A stretch of DNA of 56,807 bases, the filler included, from Catajapyx aquilonaris (Eukaryota): the NCBI GenBank assembly GCA_000934665.2. It is 2 parts of 2 records of this genome, joined end to end, with 100 filler letters (N's around TTAATTAATTAA, not from the genome) between each part and the next. Parts side by side here need not be neighbours in the genome. Positions count along the whole stretch, not along the records: positions 28,449 to 56,807 come from JYFJ02004932.1; 1 more part is not named here. One strand, 5' to 3'. Every line of letters starts with the position of its first letter. The first letter of the stretch is position 1. The position numbers and the translations under genes are program-made. A model generated the notes under the pieces. That model did not search any database and had not been told where the DNA came from. It saw only the letters and a list, made by a program, of their open reading frames with translations. This document shows positions 55,538-56,807 of this stretch, piece after piece.

Positions 55538-56632
55538 AAATGCTTTCGGTTGAACCTGGATGAACGGGTTTTTAGCCTTGCGGATTGCACTGAAAAAGGC
55601 GCTCTCATGCTACACGCCTACACCGGCAGGGTACTGAACACTCCACTGTACTGTAGTACACTACGGTGCACAGTACCCTGCCGGTGTAGCATGAGAGCGC
55701 CTTTTTCAGTGCAACACGCAAGGCTAAAAACCCGTTCAACCAGGTTCAACCGAAAGCATTTGCCTTGCATTTGCCAGTCCGCGGGGGTCAATTCGAATAC
55801 AGAAAGGATGTGACGTCACGCCGTACGGCCGTAATAAATAAATTGATTCCTGCCGTATTTCTAATTGTTTTATAAAACCGACCGGGGTAGTCGCCACCTA
55901 CAATTTTTCCCCACCCCCTCGCGCGCGCTTGACCCGTGACTCTGAAACACCCTGTATACTCTGAAGATACGGATAAGATATACTTTTTAAATTAATAACA
56001 GCTATACTTACACGTTCATGCTATGCACGATGTATGTGTTGGAAACAATTTTCCTCCTCGAGGAGTTCCTAAATTAATTTAAAAAAAGATCTCTGTAAAA
56101 AACGCCAAATTAAGGTATTACCGGACAACTGTTAGGCTGATTTAATGATGAAATACATTAAAATATACGGATTATCAACCTTGAGAACCTCGCCAGAAGA
56201 ATTTTCTGAAATGGTATACATCGAGAGAATTAAATAAATTTGGGAATTTTCCGAAGTAACAGGAAAGCCGCAGATAAGGAATAATTTATTTCTGGCGAAT
56301 TACCACGATTTCAGCAAATTCTTCTGGCACGGTTCTCAAGGTTGATATTCTGTGTATTTTAACGTATGTCATAATTAAATCAGCGTAACAGTTGGTCTAG
56401 AGTACTCGAATTTCGAGTTTTACGGCGATCTTCTTGAAAATTAATTTCGGGACTTCCAGACGAGGACCAATGGTTCCAAACACATTCAGTGTTTTCCATG
56501 AACGTGTACGTATAGCTGTCATTATTTTGTACAATATCATGTCCTTATCTTGAGTACGTGTAAGCCAAAATCTAGGCGATGCGATGGCGGGTATAGCTGG
56601 TAGCGAAGGGGTTAAACACGTGAGATTTTATA

Positions 56633-56807
56633 CAGGGTGATCAAACTTTTTTTGTCGTTTTAGTTATTGACAAATTCGGCATAAGCTGCTTATATTTAGC
56701 CCGTTACCTGGCAACCCCGTCCGGCGGGCCAATTCAAACATCAGCCCATGGAGAGCGCTTCCATTGGTGCCACTGTTTACTAATCGAGTGAGTGACGCGG
56801 ACGATCC
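56633..56807. mobile_element. Left end of a CAGGGTG-type MITE (cut by the window edge)
   Basis: TA|CAGGGTGATCAAACTTTTTTTGTCG, similar to the TIR at 41913. Confidence 0.5.

Larger units (their letters stand above)
54923..55954. mobile_element. Family C palindromic MITE with two nested insertions
   Basis: Same termini as 14548-15300; TA TSD inside repeat unit 4 of the host element. Confidence 0.9.
54097..56611. mobile_element. piggyBac-type non-autonomous element (TTAA TSD) with internal repeats and nested MITEs
   Basis: TTAA|CCCCTTCGCTACCAGCTATACC ... GGTATAGCTGGTAGCGAAGGGG|TTAA; four direct units of about 180-200 bp (CGTACTCTGAAGAT...GAAGTCCCTAAATTAAT) and one inverted unit. Confidence 0.85.

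Overview
Eukaryotic, arthropod-like genomic DNA with GT-AG spliced genes; there is no prokaryotic or CRISPR content. The left half holds three + strand genes: the last 14 coding exons of an ABCA2-like ABC transporter (649-13848), a complete 3-exon gamma-tubulin complex component 2 gene (18250-21609), and the first three exons of a PRELID3/slowmo gene (23457-27254). An artificial 100-nt spacer (44 N + TTAATTAATTAA + 44 N, 28349-28448) follows, so the two halves may not be contiguous. I recognise no host gene in the right half. Introns and intergenic DNA carry many palindromic (foldback) non-autonomous DNA transposons with mariner/Tc1, pogo, PIF/Harbinger, hAT, piggyBac-, Kolobok- and Sola-type termini and TSDs. 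They are often nested up to three deep or chained through a shared TA. There are also tRNA-derived SINEs and Helitron-like ends. The most notable structure is three unrelated Tc1/mariner families each rearranged into a 5'-5' foldback carrying two inverted copies of the transposase N-terminal coding region, one inside a host intron (possible hairpin-RNA silencers; this is inference). All calls were made by eye; superfamily assignments rest on termini, TSDs and remembered motifs, not on database searches.
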